Part shown: one piece after another, positions 63,997 through 64,000 of the stretch
Layout of the letters: every line of letters starts with the position of its first letter
Numbering within the stretch: position 1 is the stretch's first letter
Virus record (IMG/VR): IMGVR_UViG_3300029121_000001
Length of the DNA stretch: 64,000 nucleotides
Source of the DNA: a virus
Strand: one strand, 5' to 3'
Program-made: the position numbers and the translations under genes
The notes under the pieces: model-generated
Database searches by the model: none
What the model was told of the DNA's origin: nothing
The model's input: only the letters and a program-made list of their open reading frames with translations

Positions 63997-64000
63997 TGAA

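Noticed and set aside
1-64000. Initial impression of a crAss-like podovirus: AT-rich, a giant ORF, introns.
   Set aside because: The presence of a contractile sheath and tube, a T4 gp21-like protease, split beta/beta' RNAP genes and Firmicutes-type signals points to a jumbo myovirus instead.

Overview
This window is an AT-rich (roughly 30% G+C by eye), densely packed fragment of a large tailed-phage genome. It reads best as a jumbo contractile-tailed phage with phiKZ/AR9-like split multisubunit RNA polymerase genes. The host is probably Firmicutes-like: Shine-Dalgarno sites are strong GGAGG and there is a SleB/CwlJ-type lysin.

Genes I can recognise:
- a T4 gp21-like prohead protease
- a gp17-like large terminase
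- tail sheath and tail tube
- collagen-like and HxH-box tail fibres
- a SunS-like GT2+TPR glycosyltransferase
- a gp46/Rad50-like ATPase
- an RNase H-like protein
- a family-B DNA polymerase
- one beta'-like and two beta-like RNAP fragments
- three minus-strand tRNAs (Thr-UGU, Gln-UUG, Gly-UCC)

The ORF track has one blind spot. A stop-free minus-strand ORF of at least 1420 aa fills nt 1-4260 and runs off the left edge.

Most notable observations:
- Three related group I introns: two ORF-less ones in terL, and one in polB motif A carrying an HNH homing endonuclease.
- A polymerase ORF that stops before motif B.
- A beta' fragment that ends at the trigger loop, next to a decayed HNH gene.
- Two Cys-rich mini-proteins translationally coupled to the glycosyltransferase, beside Thr/Ser/His-rich fibres.
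- A ~100-nt promoter/leader cassette duplicated in front of two higher-GC small genes.
- A recurring 'GATATTATAAT + hairpin' promoter module.
- GC-rich structured spacers in the tRNA cluster.
- A 440-nt ORF-free region.

I saw no rRNA, CRISPR array, integrase or lysogeny module. All functional calls rest on motifs I read by eye. No database search or RNA folding was run.
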